DNA of 50,301 nt from a bacterium (GCA_030698665.1 JAUYMI010000029.1:1-50301); one strand, 5' to 3'. Shown: positions 16,404 through 25,481, counted from the first letter of the stretch. Made by a program: numbers and translations. The notes: generated by a model from the sequence alone, not told the origin.

Positions 16404-18341
16404 CTATTGAGTACCACCTTTCCTCTTTTTTAGCAAGTCGCGGATGGCCGCCGCTCGCTCAAAGTCCAGATTTGAGGCGGCCTCCTTCATCTCGCGCTCC
16501 AAGAGTTTGGCATCTGTGATATCTTCTAGTTCTGAAACCACAGCCAGTTTCTTTTCCCCAAGCTCCCAGGTTTTAATTTCTTTGACAATGGCCTGGGGCG
16601 TGATTCCATGTTTTTTGTTGTAGGCGAGCTGTATCTTTCTTCGCCGATTCACCTCAACAATGGCGTTCTTTATGGATCCTGTCATCTTGTCAGCGTACAG
16701 AATGGCCTTGCCCTCCGTGTGCCTGGCGGCTCTTCCCATGGTCTGGATGAGGGTCGTCTCGTTTCTCAAGAATCCTTCCTTGTCGGCATCCAGAATGAGG
16801 ACGCGTGTAACCTCGGGCAGGTCCAGGCCCTCTCGCAGGAGGTTGATGCCCACAATGACGTCAAACTCCCCCCTCCTGAGTTTTTCTAAGATGGTCGGCC
16901 GCTCCAGCGTCTTTATTTCAGAGTGCAGCCACTGCACCTTCATTCCCCGCTGGGCCAGGTACTCTGTGATGTCTTCAGCCAAGCGCTTGGTGAGGGTGAT
17001 GAGCAGGGACCTCTGACCTTGTAGTGTTACCTTGGCGATTTCCTCAATGGCGTCTTGCATCTGGTTTACGGTCGGCCGGATCTCAATCTCCGGTTCCACA
17101 AGACCCGTCGGGCGGATGATCTGCTCTGCAATATAGGGGTCTGAGATCTCTTTTTCAAAGTTGGCGGGTGTGGCTGAGACGTAGACGATCTGGGGAGCCC
17201 GTTTGAAGAATTCTTCTGAGGTGAGGGGCCTGTTATCCATTGCTGAGGGAAGCCGGAAGCCGTGGGTGATAAGGGACTCCTTGCGGACGCGGTCTTGAGC
17301 CGACATGGCCCGAATCTGGGGAAGTGTGAGATGGCTCTCGTCAATGAAGCAGAGAAAGTCATCCCCCAGATAGTCCAAGAGCGTGTACGGGGGCTCGCCG
17401 GGGGCCCTGAACTCCAGGTGAGAAGAGTAGTTTTCAACCCCGTGGCAGTATCCTGCCTCCTCAATCATCTCAAGGTCATAGAGGGTGCGCTGTTCCAAAC
17501 GCTCTGCCTCCAGAAGCCTCCCTTCTCCTTTGAGTTCTACTAGGCGTTCTTCCAGCTCCTTTCTGATGTTGAGGACCGCTAGCTTAAGCTTGTTCTCTGG
17601 CGTGACCCAGAACTTGGCCGGGAAGACCCGGTACCGCAGGATTTCCTCAAAGCGAGGAGATGGGCTTACGTCTCCTCTTGAGATGCGATCTATGGCGTCT
17701 TTTGAGAACTCCACCCTAATGACTTCTTTCCCTGTGGAGGGAGCAAACTCAACGACTTCTCCCCTGGCACGACAGGAACCGGGAGCAAGATCAATGTCAT
17801 TTCTCTGGTACTGGAGGGAGGTGAGATGCGAAAGGAGCTCCCTTCTTGTAATCTTCTGACCCTTTGTGATCTCCAGGGAGACCTCCTGGTATTCTTCGGG
17901 AGATCCGATGTTGTATATACAGGAGACGGAGGCCACGACAATGACGTCCTTTCTGGCCACTAAGTCCTGCACCGCCTCGTGGCGCATGCGGTCAATGGTT
18001 TCATTGACCTTCGCGTCCTTTTGAATGTACGTGTCGGTTTGTGGGATGTAGGCCTCGGGCTGGTAGTAGTCGTAGTATGAGACGAAGTAGTGGACCCCGC
18101 TTTCAGGGAAGAAGTCCTTGAACTCCTGGTACAATTGAGCCGCGAGAGTTTTATTTGGGCTTATCACGAGAGTCGGCCTTTGTGCCTTTTCGATAACCCA
18201 CGACATCGTCGCAGTTTTTCCCGATCCAGTCACGCCCAAGAGCACCTGATGGGGAACCCCCGAGGCAATGTTCTTTGAGAGCTCGGCTATTGCAGTTGGC
18301 TGATCTCCCGTGGCTTTGAACTTTGATACCAGCTTGAACAT
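16404..18341 (-). CDS. uvrB: excinuclease ABC subunit B
   Basis: Walker A GVTGSGKT, DESH box (IDESHLTLPQ), helicase motifs, C-terminal UVR domain (NLDFERAAAIRD). Confidence 0.95.
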   Translation of the reverse strand: MFKLVSKFKATGDQPTAIAELSKNIASGVPHQVLLGVTGSGKTATMSWVIEKAQRPTLVISPNKTLAAQLYQEFKDFFPESGVHYFVSYYDYYQPEAYIPQTDTYIQKDAKVNETIDRMRHEAVQDLVARKDVIVVASVSCIYNIGSPEEYQEVSLEITKGQKITRRELLSHLTSLQYQRNDIDLAPGSCRARGEVVEFAPSTGKEVIRVEFSKDAIDRISRGDVSPSPRFEEILRYRVFPAKFWVTPENKLKLAVLNIRKELEERLVELKGEGRLLEAERLEQRTLYDLEMIEEAGYCHGVENYSSHLEFRAPGEPPYTLLDYLGDDFLCFIDESHLTLPQIRAMSAQDRVRKESLITHGFRLPSAMDNRPLTSEEFFKRAPQIVYVSATPANFEKEISDPYIAEQIIRPTGLVEPEIEIRPTVNQMQDAIEEIAKVTLQGQRSLLITLTKRLAEDITEYLAQRGMKVQWLHSEIKTLERPTILEKLRRGEFDVIVGINLLREGLDLPEVTRVLILDADKEGFLRNETTLIQTMGRAARHTEGKAILYADKMTGSIKNAIVEVNRRRKIQLAYNKKHGITPQAIVKEIKTWELGEKKLAVVSELEDITDAKLLEREMKEAASNLDFERAAAIRDLLKKRKGGTQ

Positions 18342-18354
18342 GGTATGATGAGGT

Positions 18355-18915
18355 ATGATCTCCTATTTGGCAGGTACAATTCTCCTAAAAGCATCTGATT
18401 ATATCATACTTTCCACGGGGAACGTAGGGTACAAAGTGTTCCTTTCCGCAAAGACCTCAGAGGGCCTCAGGGAGGGTTCTGAGTTCACGACCTTCTGCCA
18501 CCTCTACCTCAGGAAGGATGAAACCCTGGAGCTCTACGGTCTTCCATCCGCAGAACAGCTCCAGCTCTTCTCCCTGCTCAATGACATCTCAGGAGTTGGT
18601 CCCAAGGCCGCCCTCGCCATGGCCTCTTTGGGAAGCGTTACTGACTTTAAAAAGGCCTTGGCAGCCCAGGACAGCTCTTTCTTTGCTGGGATCAAGGGCA
18701 TTGGCACAAAGAAGGTGCAGAAAGTTATCTTGGAGCTCACGGGCAAGATTGATCGTATGGACAAGAAAGCTGCTCCGGAAGACGAAGACGCTCTCACGGC
18801 GCTGGTTTCTCTCGGCATTCCTCGCCAGAAGGCCAAGCAGGCCTTAGACAGTGTAGATTCAGCACTCACAACAGAAGAGAGGGTTGGGTTGGCTCTCAAG
18901 TTAATCCGGCGGTAG
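18355..18915 (+). CDS. ruvA: Holliday junction DNA helicase subunit RuvA
   Basis: OB-fold N-terminus (ISYLAGTILLKASDYIIL) and two HhH motifs (ISGVGPKAALAM, IKGIGTKKVQKVI). It is detached from ruvB. Confidence 0.88.
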   Translation: MISYLAGTILLKASDYIILSTGNVGYKVFLSAKTSEGLREGSEFTTFCHLYLRKDETLELYGLPSAEQLQLFSLLNDISGVGPKAALAMASLGSVTDFKKALAAQDSSFFAGIKGIGTKKVQKVILELTGKIDRMDKKAAPEDEDALTALVSLGIPRQKAKQALDSVDSALTTEERVGLALKLIRR

Positions 18916-18955
18916 ATGCACCCCTTTCTTTTTCTATCTATATGATGCTGAACTC

Positions 18956-20197
18956 ATGATGAAACTTCTGCGCAGGATTATTCCTCCCCAATGCTTGAGT
19001 GCATACCACCTCACCCTGGCCTTCCTGGGTGCTTTGCTGTATGGTTTCCCTTCTCGCAAGCTCACTCTCATTGGCGTGACCGGGACCAATGGCAAGTCAA
19101 CCTGCGTGGAGATGCTCTCCCGTGTCCTCAACGCTTCGGGTAAGAAGACGGCCTCCATTTCTTCCATTCGCTTTGAGGTTGGCGGGGTTGAAGAGCGCAA
19201 TCGTCTCAAGATGACCATGCCAGGACGCCTCAGGGTGCAGAGGTTTCTCAGGGAAGCCGTGAAGCAGGGGTGTGAGTATGCGGTGCTGGAGGTGACCTCA
19301 GAAGGCATCCTTCAGCATCGCCATCGCTTTTTGGGCTTTGACGTTGCGGTTTTCACGAACCTGAGCCCAGAACACATTGAACGCCATGGCTCGTACGAGA
19401 AGTACCGGGAGGCAAAGGGCAGCTTCTTTTCTCAGATTTCGGGGATTCATGTGGTCAACATGAACGACAAGGAGGCAGAGTACTTTCTTTCTTTCCCCGC
19501 TCAAGAGAAATGGGGATACGGCATAGACGCCGCAAAGGGAGAGAAGGTGGTTGTGGGGCGCAACGTTCAGGCAGACGAGAAAGGGAGTTCCTTTGAGGTT
19601 GAAGGTGTTTTATTCCGTCTTCGTCTCCAAGGGAGGTTCAACGTCTCAAACGCCCTGTGCGCCATAGCCACAGCAAGATCTCAAGGAGTGTCCCTGAAAA
19701 TCTGCAAGCAAGCTCTAGAAGGCATTGAGAAGGTGCCGGGACGCATGGAGGAGATTGCCTCATCTCCCTTCAGGGTGGTCGTTGACTATGCCTTTACCCC
19801 GGCCGCCTTAGAACAGGTGTATGCTTCCCTCAAGCCAAAGAAGGGGAAACTTATCTGTGTTCTTGGAGCTGCCGGCGGAGGGAGAGACAGGTGGAAGCGG
19901 AAGGTTTTAGGTACGATTGCACAAGAGCATTGCGACAAGGTTGTTGTCACAAATGAGGATCCGTATGAAGAAGACCCAATGGCCATCATGGATGAGGTTG
20001 CCCAGGAGGGAGCCGTGAAGATTCTGGACCGCCGTGAGGCTATCAGAAAAGCGATTAGTTTAGCTCAAGTAGGGGACGTTGTGGTGGTAACAGGCAAGGG
20101 GAGCGAGGACTCCATGGCTGTTGCGGGAGGAAAAAAGATTCCCTGGGATGATCGGGACGTCATACGGGAAGAGCTGGACGCGATGGGAAAATCGTGA
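18956..20197 (+). CDS. Mur ligase, MurE-like, lacking the N-terminal UDP-binding domain
   Basis: P-loop GVTGTNGKST at residue ~41, then TNLSPEHIERHGSYEKYREAK, TNEDPYEEDP and VVVTGKGSED, all matching MurE central and C-terminal domains. Confidence 0.8.
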   Translation: MMKLLRRIIPPQCLSAYHLTLAFLGALLYGFPSRKLTLIGVTGTNGKSTCVEMLSRVLNASGKKTASISSIRFEVGGVEERNRLKMTMPGRLRVQRFLREAVKQGCEYAVLEVTSEGILQHRHRFLGFDVAVFTNLSPEHIERHGSYEKYREAKGSFFSQISGIHVVNMNDKEAEYFLSFPAQEKWGYGIDAAKGEKVVVGRNVQADEKGSSFEVEGVLFRLRLQGRFNVSNALCAIATARSQGVSLKICKQALEGIEKVPGRMEEIASSPFRVVVDYAFTPAALEQVYASLKPKKGKLICVLGAAGGGRDRWKRKVLGTIAQEHCDKVVVTNEDPYEEDPMAIMDEVAQEGAVKILDRREAIRKAISLAQVGDVVVVTGKGSEDSMAVAGGKKIPWDDRDVIREELDAMGKS

Positions 20198-20381
20198 TAC
20201 ACAAAGAAGGTTCATGAGCATTCAAGAGCACATCATTTATGAAGCACAAACTGCTCCCCAGGAGCTTGAGAAAACACATTGCGCAAGAGAAGGGTAGGAT
20301 CCGCAGAGAGGTCGGAGACAAGGCCGAACAAGTGCGGCTTGTTTCAGAACTCCTTGGTCGTTACCGCAAAGAAGAAAAGCA

Positions 20382-21326
20382 ATGAAGATACGAGACATCT
20401 ACAGTAAGGCGATCCAGATGGGTATTGATGCGGACTTTCGTACCAATGAATACGTAGCCCGCCTTTTGGAACGTAAGAAGCAGAAATATGAGAAGCTTTC
20501 CGGCCATGAGAAGGCGGAATTTGACACGGAATCTCTCGCGAACCCATATTCAGATACCAGGGTTCTTCATGTTGCAGATGACCGGGAAATAAAGAAGGTG
20601 ATGTGCGGTATTGATATTGAGGTAGGAGAGATTCTGCTCGCAAAAGAACTGGGAGACATTGATCTCGTGATTGCTCACCATCCCATGGGAAGGGCTTTAG
20701 CAGACATGCACGAAGTCATGGAGCTGCAGGCGGATATCTTCCATCAGTACGGGGTTCCCATTAACGTGGGAGAAGGAATGATGAAAGAGCGCAGTTCTGA
20801 GATTGCGAGAGCTTTTAACCCAAGAAATCATTGGAGAACGGTGGATGCTGCAAAGCTCTTAGGGGTTAACCTCATGTGCATTCATACGGCGGCAGATAAC
20901 ATTTCAGCGTCTTTCGTACGGGACGCGATTGCGAAGGGAAATCCGGAACGCGTAGAGGATCTCATGGAGATTCTCTCTGGCGTTGGGGAATATCAAGAGG
21001 CGGAGCGCCTTGGAGTTGCTCCCCGCATCTTTACCGGCCGTCCCGAAAACAGATGCGGCAAGGTTCTCGTGGACATGACCGGAGGAACGGAAGGCCCCCC
21101 AAAGATCTATGAACGCATGGCGCAGGCTGGCATTGGTACCGTTGTTGGCATGCATATTTCAGAAGACCATAAGAAGGAAGCGGAAGCAGCTCACGTGAAC
21201 GTTGTTGTCGCGGGGCACATGTCTTCTGACTCCATTGGCATGAACCTTATCTTAGATGAAATTGCAAAGCAGGGTGCTCAGGTTGTGTCATGCGGCGGCC
21301 TGTTTCGAGTGTCCCGGAATACATAG
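20382..21326 (+). CDS. NIF3/YbgI-family dinuclear metal centre protein
   Basis: DLVIAHHPM and CIHTAADN motifs; 314 aa with an inserted cap domain. Confidence 0.85.
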   Translation: MKIRDIYSKAIQMGIDADFRTNEYVARLLERKKQKYEKLSGHEKAEFDTESLANPYSDTRVLHVADDREIKKVMCGIDIEVGEILLAKELGDIDLVIAHHPMGRALADMHEVMELQADIFHQYGVPINVGEGMMKERSSEIARAFNPRNHWRTVDAAKLLGVNLMCIHTAADNISASFVRDAIAKGNPERVEDLMEILSGVGEYQEAERLGVAPRIFTGRPENRCGKVLVDMTGGTEGPPKIYERMAQAGIGTVVGMHISEDHKKEAEAAHVNVVVAGHMSSDSIGMNLILDEIAKQGAQVVSCGGLFRVSRNT

Positions 21327-21337
21327 GAGAGTAGACC

Positions 21338-21400
21338 CGGTGCAGTTTCTCGCCTCGCGGTTCGCCTGTTAGCAAACATCGCTCGCAGAGAAACTGCCCG
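21338..21400 (+). other. long stem-loop between the NIF3 gene and tRNA-Arg
   Basis: GCAGTTTCTC (21342-21351) pairs with GAGAAACTGC (21388-21397), extendable by CGG/CCG with a 1-nt bulge, enclosing a 36-nt loop. Confidence 0.4.
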
Positions 21401-21427
21401 ACAAAAGCAAAGCAGTTTGCTTTTGTC
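21400..21427 (+). repeat. 28-nt perfect hairpin, AAAAGCAAA family, overlapping the tRNA 5' end by 3 nt
   Basis: GACAAAAGCAAA-GCAG-TTTGCTTTTGTC. Confidence 0.6.
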
Positions 21428-21496
21428 CCCATAGCTCAAGGGATAGAGTGTAGCCCTCCGAAGGCTGAGATGCAGGTTCGAGTCCTGCTGGGGACA
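21425..21496 (+). tRNA. tRNA-Arg (anticodon CCG)
   Basis: Hand-folded cloverleaf. Acceptor GTCCCCA/TGGGGAC; D stem GCTC/GAGT; anticodon stem TAGCC/GGCTG with loop CTCCGAA; T arm GCAGG-TTCGAGT-CCTGC; discriminator A. No CCA is encoded. Confidence 0.9.
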
Positions 21497-21523
21497 CAGA
21501 CGGATTTCTGGTATACTGAACGT

Positions 21524-21790
21524 ATGCCAGAAGCAAAGAAAAAAACGCCAAAGCGCGTGGGCAAGGTCACCCACTACTTTGACAAGATCAAGGTGGCGGT
21601 AATTAAATTCTCCTCTCCCGTGAAGGTCGGGGATACCCTTCTCATTGAGGGAGGGGAGGTGAAGCTTTCACAAAAGGTCTCTTCTCTAGAGAAGGACCAC
21701 GAGAAGGTGAAGACAGCCAAGAAGGGCCAGTCGCTCGGACTCAAGGTTAGATCTCAGGTGAGGGCGGGGTACCGTGTTTTTGTGAAATGA
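21524..21790 (+). CDS. small beta-barrel protein, elongation-factor domain-2-like (hypothetical)
   Basis: MPEAKKKTPKRVGKVTHYFDKIKVAVIKFSSPVKVGDTLLIEGG... The ATG lies 6 nt after TGgTATACT (21509-21517). The ORF-track start at 21470 lies inside the tRNA. Confidence 0.55.
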   Translation: MPEAKKKTPKRVGKVTHYFDKIKVAVIKFSSPVKVGDTLLIEGGEVKLSQKVSSLEKDHEKVKTAKKGQSLGLKVRSQVRAGYRVFVK

Positions 21791-22914
21791 CCTTTCACGG
21801 TTTTGCGATTGCTTTGTCTACTCTGGTGGGCACCATTGTGGGAGCTGGAATTTTTGCCCTTCCATACGTGACCGCCCAGAGCGGGGTTCTCATTACTCTT
21901 TCCTACTTTGTGATTCTCGGAGGAGCCGTGCTTTTGTTGCACCTCATGTTCGGAGAGGTGTGCTTGAGAACCTCGGGCAGGCATCGCTTAGTCGGGTACG
22001 CAGGGCGGTATCTCGGACTTGCGGGGAAGCTTCCCGTGGTCTTCTCTACACTCTTTGGACTAGTTGGAGCCTTACTGGCCTATACCATCATCGGAGGAAG
22101 TTTTCTCAGCATTTTTACTGGAATCTCCCCATTCTGGGCCTCCATATTGTTTTGGGCGGCCCTTTCCTTTTTCGTAATCAAGGGCATTCAGTTCATCAGC
22201 CGAGCCGAGCTGTTTATGAACATAGCTCTTCTTGGGATTTTCGTTCTCATCCTTGTCGCGGCTCTTCCCCACGTTGACCTTTCTCGCTTTGAGTCGTTCC
22301 ATGCCTCTCGTTTATTCGTCCCATTCGGTGTTGTTCTGTTTGCCCTTACCGGGTGGTCCGCAATTCCGGAGGTTGCAGATCTCTTCAAGCGGGATGCTGA
22401 ACGCAGGTCTTTAGATAACCTGCTTGTCTGGGCCTCCATTATCACGGTTTCTCTGTATGCGGTGTTCTCGCTTGTCGTTGTCGGCGTGACTGGTTCTGCC
22501 ACGAGCCAAGACGCGCTCTCGTCTCTGTCTCCGATTCTCGGGGACGGGGTGGCCCGTCTGGGTGCCGCCTTCGGCCTCATTGCCGTGGCAGCTTCTTTCC
22601 TTGTGCTTGGCAACTACCTCAAGAACTCGCTCAGGTATGACTTCAAGCTTTCAGTTCCTCTTGCCCTGTCCCTGACCCTCCTGCTCCCGCTCGCCCTCTT
22701 CCTCTTTGGGCTCAGGGAGTTTATCCCCGTACTCTCGTCCGTGGGCATCGTGCTCGGGGCTATTGAGGGAAGCGCCATTGTTGTACTGTTCTGGCGGGCC
22801 CGCAAGAAAGGGGACCGCAAGCCCGAGTACCAGCTTCATCTTTCTCCAAAGGTCGGATATGCTCTTATTCTCCTTTTGCTCCTTGGAGCCATTGGATCCC
22901 TTATATATGCTTGA
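21787..22914 (+). CDS. amino acid transporter family membrane protein
   Basis: 375 aa with ~11 predicted TM segments and N-terminus STLVGTIVGAGIFALPYV, typical of amino acid permeases. Confidence 0.7.
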   Translation: MTFHGFAIALSTLVGTIVGAGIFALPYVTAQSGVLITLSYFVILGGAVLLLHLMFGEVCLRTSGRHRLVGYAGRYLGLAGKLPVVFSTLFGLVGALLAYTIIGGSFLSIFTGISPFWASILFWAALSFFVIKGIQFISRAELFMNIALLGIFVLILVAALPHVDLSRFESFHASRLFVPFGVVLFALTGWSAIPEVADLFKRDAERRSLDNLLVWASIITVSLYAVFSLVVVGVTGSATSQDALSSLSPILGDGVARLGAAFGLIAVAASFLVLGNYLKNSLRYDFKLSVPLALSLTLLLPLALFLFGLREFIPVLSSVGIVLGAIEGSAIVVLFWRARKKGDRKPEYQLHLSPKVGYALILLLLLGAIGSLIYA

Positions 22915-23002
22915 TACCTTTCTCACCATCCTGCTCTTTGCCGCCATCCTCATCCTGGCGCTGTGGGCATTGTCCGGGAGCAGCTTCCACATCTTTTCCT
23001 GA
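22907..23002 (+). CDS. possible 31-aa single-TM micro-protein
   Basis: MLDTFLTILLFAAILILALWALSGSSFHIFS. Its ATG overlaps the transporter 3' end and its TGA overlaps the acyP ATG. Confidence 0.3.
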   Translation: MLDTFLTILLFAAILILALWALSGSSFHIFS

Positions 23003-23298
23003 TGATCAGGGCCCACATCATCGTTTCGGGCCTTGTCCAGGGGGTTTCCTATCGCAAGAATACCCAGAATGAAGCTCGGAAACTCAAGATTACGGGCTGG
23101 GTACGCAACCTGTTTTCAGGCAAGGTGGAGATTGTGGCTGAGGGGACAGAGGAGGCGGTCAACGCCCTCATCTCTTGGATCAGGGAGGGTCCGCGCTTTG
23201 CCAGGGTAAAGGGGGCCGCAGTTTCCCTTTCTGAGTCCACAGGGGAGTTCAAGGATTTTGAGATCAGGGAATATGGGCTTTTCCCCCTCCCCGAGTGA
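23002..23298 (+). CDS. acyP: acylphosphatase
   Basis: VSGLVQGVSYRKNT...GWVRNLFSGKVEIVAEG signature. Confidence 0.85.
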   Translation: MIRAHIIVSGLVQGVSYRKNTQNEARKLKITGWVRNLFSGKVEIVAEGTEEAVNALISWIREGPRFARVKGAAVSLSESTGEFKDFEIREYGLFPLPE

Positions 23299-23323
23299 GG
23301 ATGATTATGTTATACTATAGATT

Positions 23324-23659
23324 ATGAAAAAGATGGCAAAGTTGTCTTTGGGAGCGGTCCCCATGCTTATTTCACTTGAGCTGGGCCTGAGTCTTCTGGC
23401 AGGGTACTTTTTAGCCAAGTTCTTTTCTGGGTCCTCAGTAAAGCAGCCGGGGCGCTTTGGCTCCCTCGTCTTTGATGTTTCGGGATATCGCGTACACCTC
23501 CATCATTGGCTGGTGTCAGGCGCCATCCTAGCCCTTGCCTTTACTTTCAATGTATTCGTGTTCGGCCCCTCTTTGTTCTACGGCTTCCTCGGGGGAGTCA
23601 TGGCTCAGGGTATTGTGAGCTATGAGGACTGGAGGCAGGTGATTTGGCGCGAGCGATGA
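23324..23659 (+). CDS. hypothetical membrane protein
   Basis: 111 aa with 3 hydrophobic segments. The ATG lies 7 nt after TGtTATACT (23308-23316). Confidence 0.55.
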   Translation: MKKMAKLSLGAVPMLISLELGLSLLAGYFLAKFFSGSSVKQPGRFGSLVFDVSGYRVHLHHWLVSGAILALAFTFNVFVFGPSLFYGFLGGVMAQGIVSYEDWRQVIWRER

Positions 23660-24447
23660 TCCGCGATCTTTTTTTAAGCGAGGAAACGAGAAAGGAGCGT
23701 TATGGCGAGCTTGCCCGAGCGGGCAAGGCCAAAGAGGCGAGCGAGAATCTCCACCGTCTCAATCGCGGCACCTACGTGCCGGATTTTGTATATGGAGCAA
23801 ACGACGGTATCGTGACGACCTTTGCCGTGGTTGCCGGAGCGACGGGAGCGCTTTTCTCCCCCGCCGTCATCATCATTTTGGGCATTGCGAATCTCGTGGC
23901 GGATGGGTTTTCTATGGGGGCCTCATCTTTTCTTTCTTTGAAATCTGCTCGGGGATTCGTGAACGCCCAGAAGACGAAAGAAGAGTGGGAGGTTCAAGAG
24001 TATCCCGAAATTGAGATCAAGGAGACCGAGTTCTTGTTGGGCGAGATCGGGGTGCCTTCCTCCGCGGCGAGCGAGGTAGCTCAAGGCATTGCCGCAGACA
24101 AGCAGAGATGGGTGAAGTTTTTGGTGCGAGAGAAGCTGGGCCTTAAGGACGGGGAAGACCATGGGTCTCCTCTGCGCCACGGCATGGCAACCTTTGCCGC
24201 ATTCCTGACGGTGGGGTTCATTCCCTTACTCCCATACCTGCTTGGAACTGGAGACCATGATCAGTTCCTCATCTCGGTCTTCCTCTCGGGCCTTGCCTTT
24301 TTTCTTGTGGGAGCCGCCCGTACGCTCGTGACCGATGAATCCGCCTGGAAAGGGGGCTTGGAGATTCTCTTGGTGGGAGGACTCGCGGCTTCCGTTGCCT
24401 ACGGTCTTGGGTGGCTCATTCGCTCGTTGTTTGGTATCGTACTCTAA
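23656..24447 (+). CDS. VIT1/CCC1-family iron/manganese transporter
   Basis: YGANDGIVTTFAVVAG signature plus a C-terminal TM bundle. The ATG at 23656 forms an ATGA overlap with the preceding gene. Confidence 0.8.
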   Translation: MIRDLFLSEETRKERYGELARAGKAKEASENLHRLNRGTYVPDFVYGANDGIVTTFAVVAGATGALFSPAVIIILGIANLVADGFSMGASSFLSLKSARGFVNAQKTKEEWEVQEYPEIEIKETEFLLGEIGVPSSAASEVAQGIAADKQRWVKFLVREKLGLKDGEDHGSPLRHGMATFAAFLTVGFIPLLPYLLGTGDHDQFLISVFLSGLAFFLVGAARTLVTDESAWKGGLEILLVGGLAASVAYGLGWLIRSLFGIVL

Positions 24448-24448
24448 T

Positions 24449-24748
24449 ATGCCAATGTTATTTGTCTTTGCGGCCGGAGCTCTGGGAGGGGTAATCCGGG
24501 GGCTCGTGGGTTTTCTCAAGCACCAGTACTCCTACAAGTCAGTCCCCTTCAATGCAACCTACTTTGTGCTCATGATGGCGGCATCGGGCCTGGTGGGTCT
24601 TGTGGTGGCGCTCGCGGTCAGGGAGCTTTCTTCAGACATTCTGGGTTCTCCTGACCTTACATGGGCCATGGCGCTGGTCGTCGGGTATGCAGGAGGAGAC
24701 TTCTTAGAGAATGTTTATAAGACCATTATCAAAAAGGACCGTGGATAA
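24449..24748 (+). CDS. hypothetical membrane protein
   Basis: MPMLFVFAAGALGGVIRGLVGFLK..., 99 aa, 3 TM. It starts 1 nt after the VIT stop. Confidence 0.5.
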   Translation: MPMLFVFAAGALGGVIRGLVGFLKHQYSYKSVPFNATYFVLMMAASGLVGLVVALAVRELSSDILGSPDLTWAMALVVGYAGGDFLENVYKTIIKKDRG

Positions 24749-25481
24749 GGGATTCCAGGAACGATACGGATACGAGATTGATGGCATGTGGCTGCCGAGA
24801 GTGACGGCCATCACTTCCCAGTCCCTCTCCAGAAGTTCGTACCTTGAGCACAGGTTGAAGTACTCCGCTCAGTGGGGTAGCGAAGTACACGAGGGGGTTG
24901 AGCGCATGCTCAAGGGCGAGGAAGAAAAAGAAGAAGATGCTACGAGGATATCCCTGGATGCATTTCGCTCGTGGATGGAGCAGAGCCATTGTCGGGTTTT
25001 GAACCCAGAAGAGGATGTTGAGGTGAGGGTTGTTGATTTTGAGGAAGGGTACGCTGGAACCATAGATATGGTAGCTGAGGTCGCAGGACGCCTCGGTGTT
25101 GTTGATGTCAAAACGACATCAGCCGTGACGAGGCAGCACCGCCTTCAGACAGCGGCATACCTTGCTGCTTTAAGAAAGGAGAGAGGGATAGAAGCGGACG
25201 GGAGATGGATTCTGCGCATTGACCAGTACCAGCTGTGCTTGGGGTGCGAGGCGAGGATCACGGCAAAGTATGGAAACCACAGGCCCCAGGGAGGCCACGA
25301 ATCCTGCAATCACCAGTGGGGGGAGGCGAGAGCCGAGTCGGAGCTTACCGAGCTTACAAACTTTGAGCAGGATCTGGAGGGATTTTTAGATGCGAAGGAG
25401 CGGTGGGAGTGGGCAAATCGTTTCACGTTGGCTGAAATTCCGGGGTATCAAAAATCAGTATTTACGCGCATTTTCGTATGA
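24711..25481 (+). CDS. PD-(D/E)XK (RecB/Cas4-like) nuclease family protein with a Cys/His-rich C-terminal segment
   Basis: Motifs in order: GSEVHEGVE, GTIDMV (D), VVDVKT (D/E-x-K), QTAAY (QxxxY), followed by CLGCEARITAKYGNHRPQGGHESCNHQW. Confidence 0.7.
   Translation: MFIRPLSKRTVDKGFQERYGYEIDGMWLPRVTAITSQSLSRSSYLEHRLKYSAQWGSEVHEGVERMLKGEEEKEEDATRISLDAFRSWMEQSHCRVLNPEEDVEVRVVDFEEGYAGTIDMVAEVAGRLGVVDVKTTSAVTRQHRLQTAAYLAALRKERGIEADGRWILRIDQYQLCLGCEARITAKYGNHRPQGGHESCNHQWGEARAESELTELTNFEQDLEGFLDAKERWEWANRFTLAEIPGYQKSVFTRIFV

Noticed and set aside
20214-20297. 27-codon ORF (MSIQEHIIYEAQTAPQELEKTHCAREG) between the Mur ligase and NIF3 genes
   Set aside because: It is too short, has no supporting promoter or terminator and no recognisable features. 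A weak AGAAGG upstream is the only evidence.
21278-21574. Minus-strand ORFs (98, 61, 60 aa) across the tRNA-Arg locus
   Set aside because: They overlap a well-folded tRNA and stem-loops, so they are spurious.
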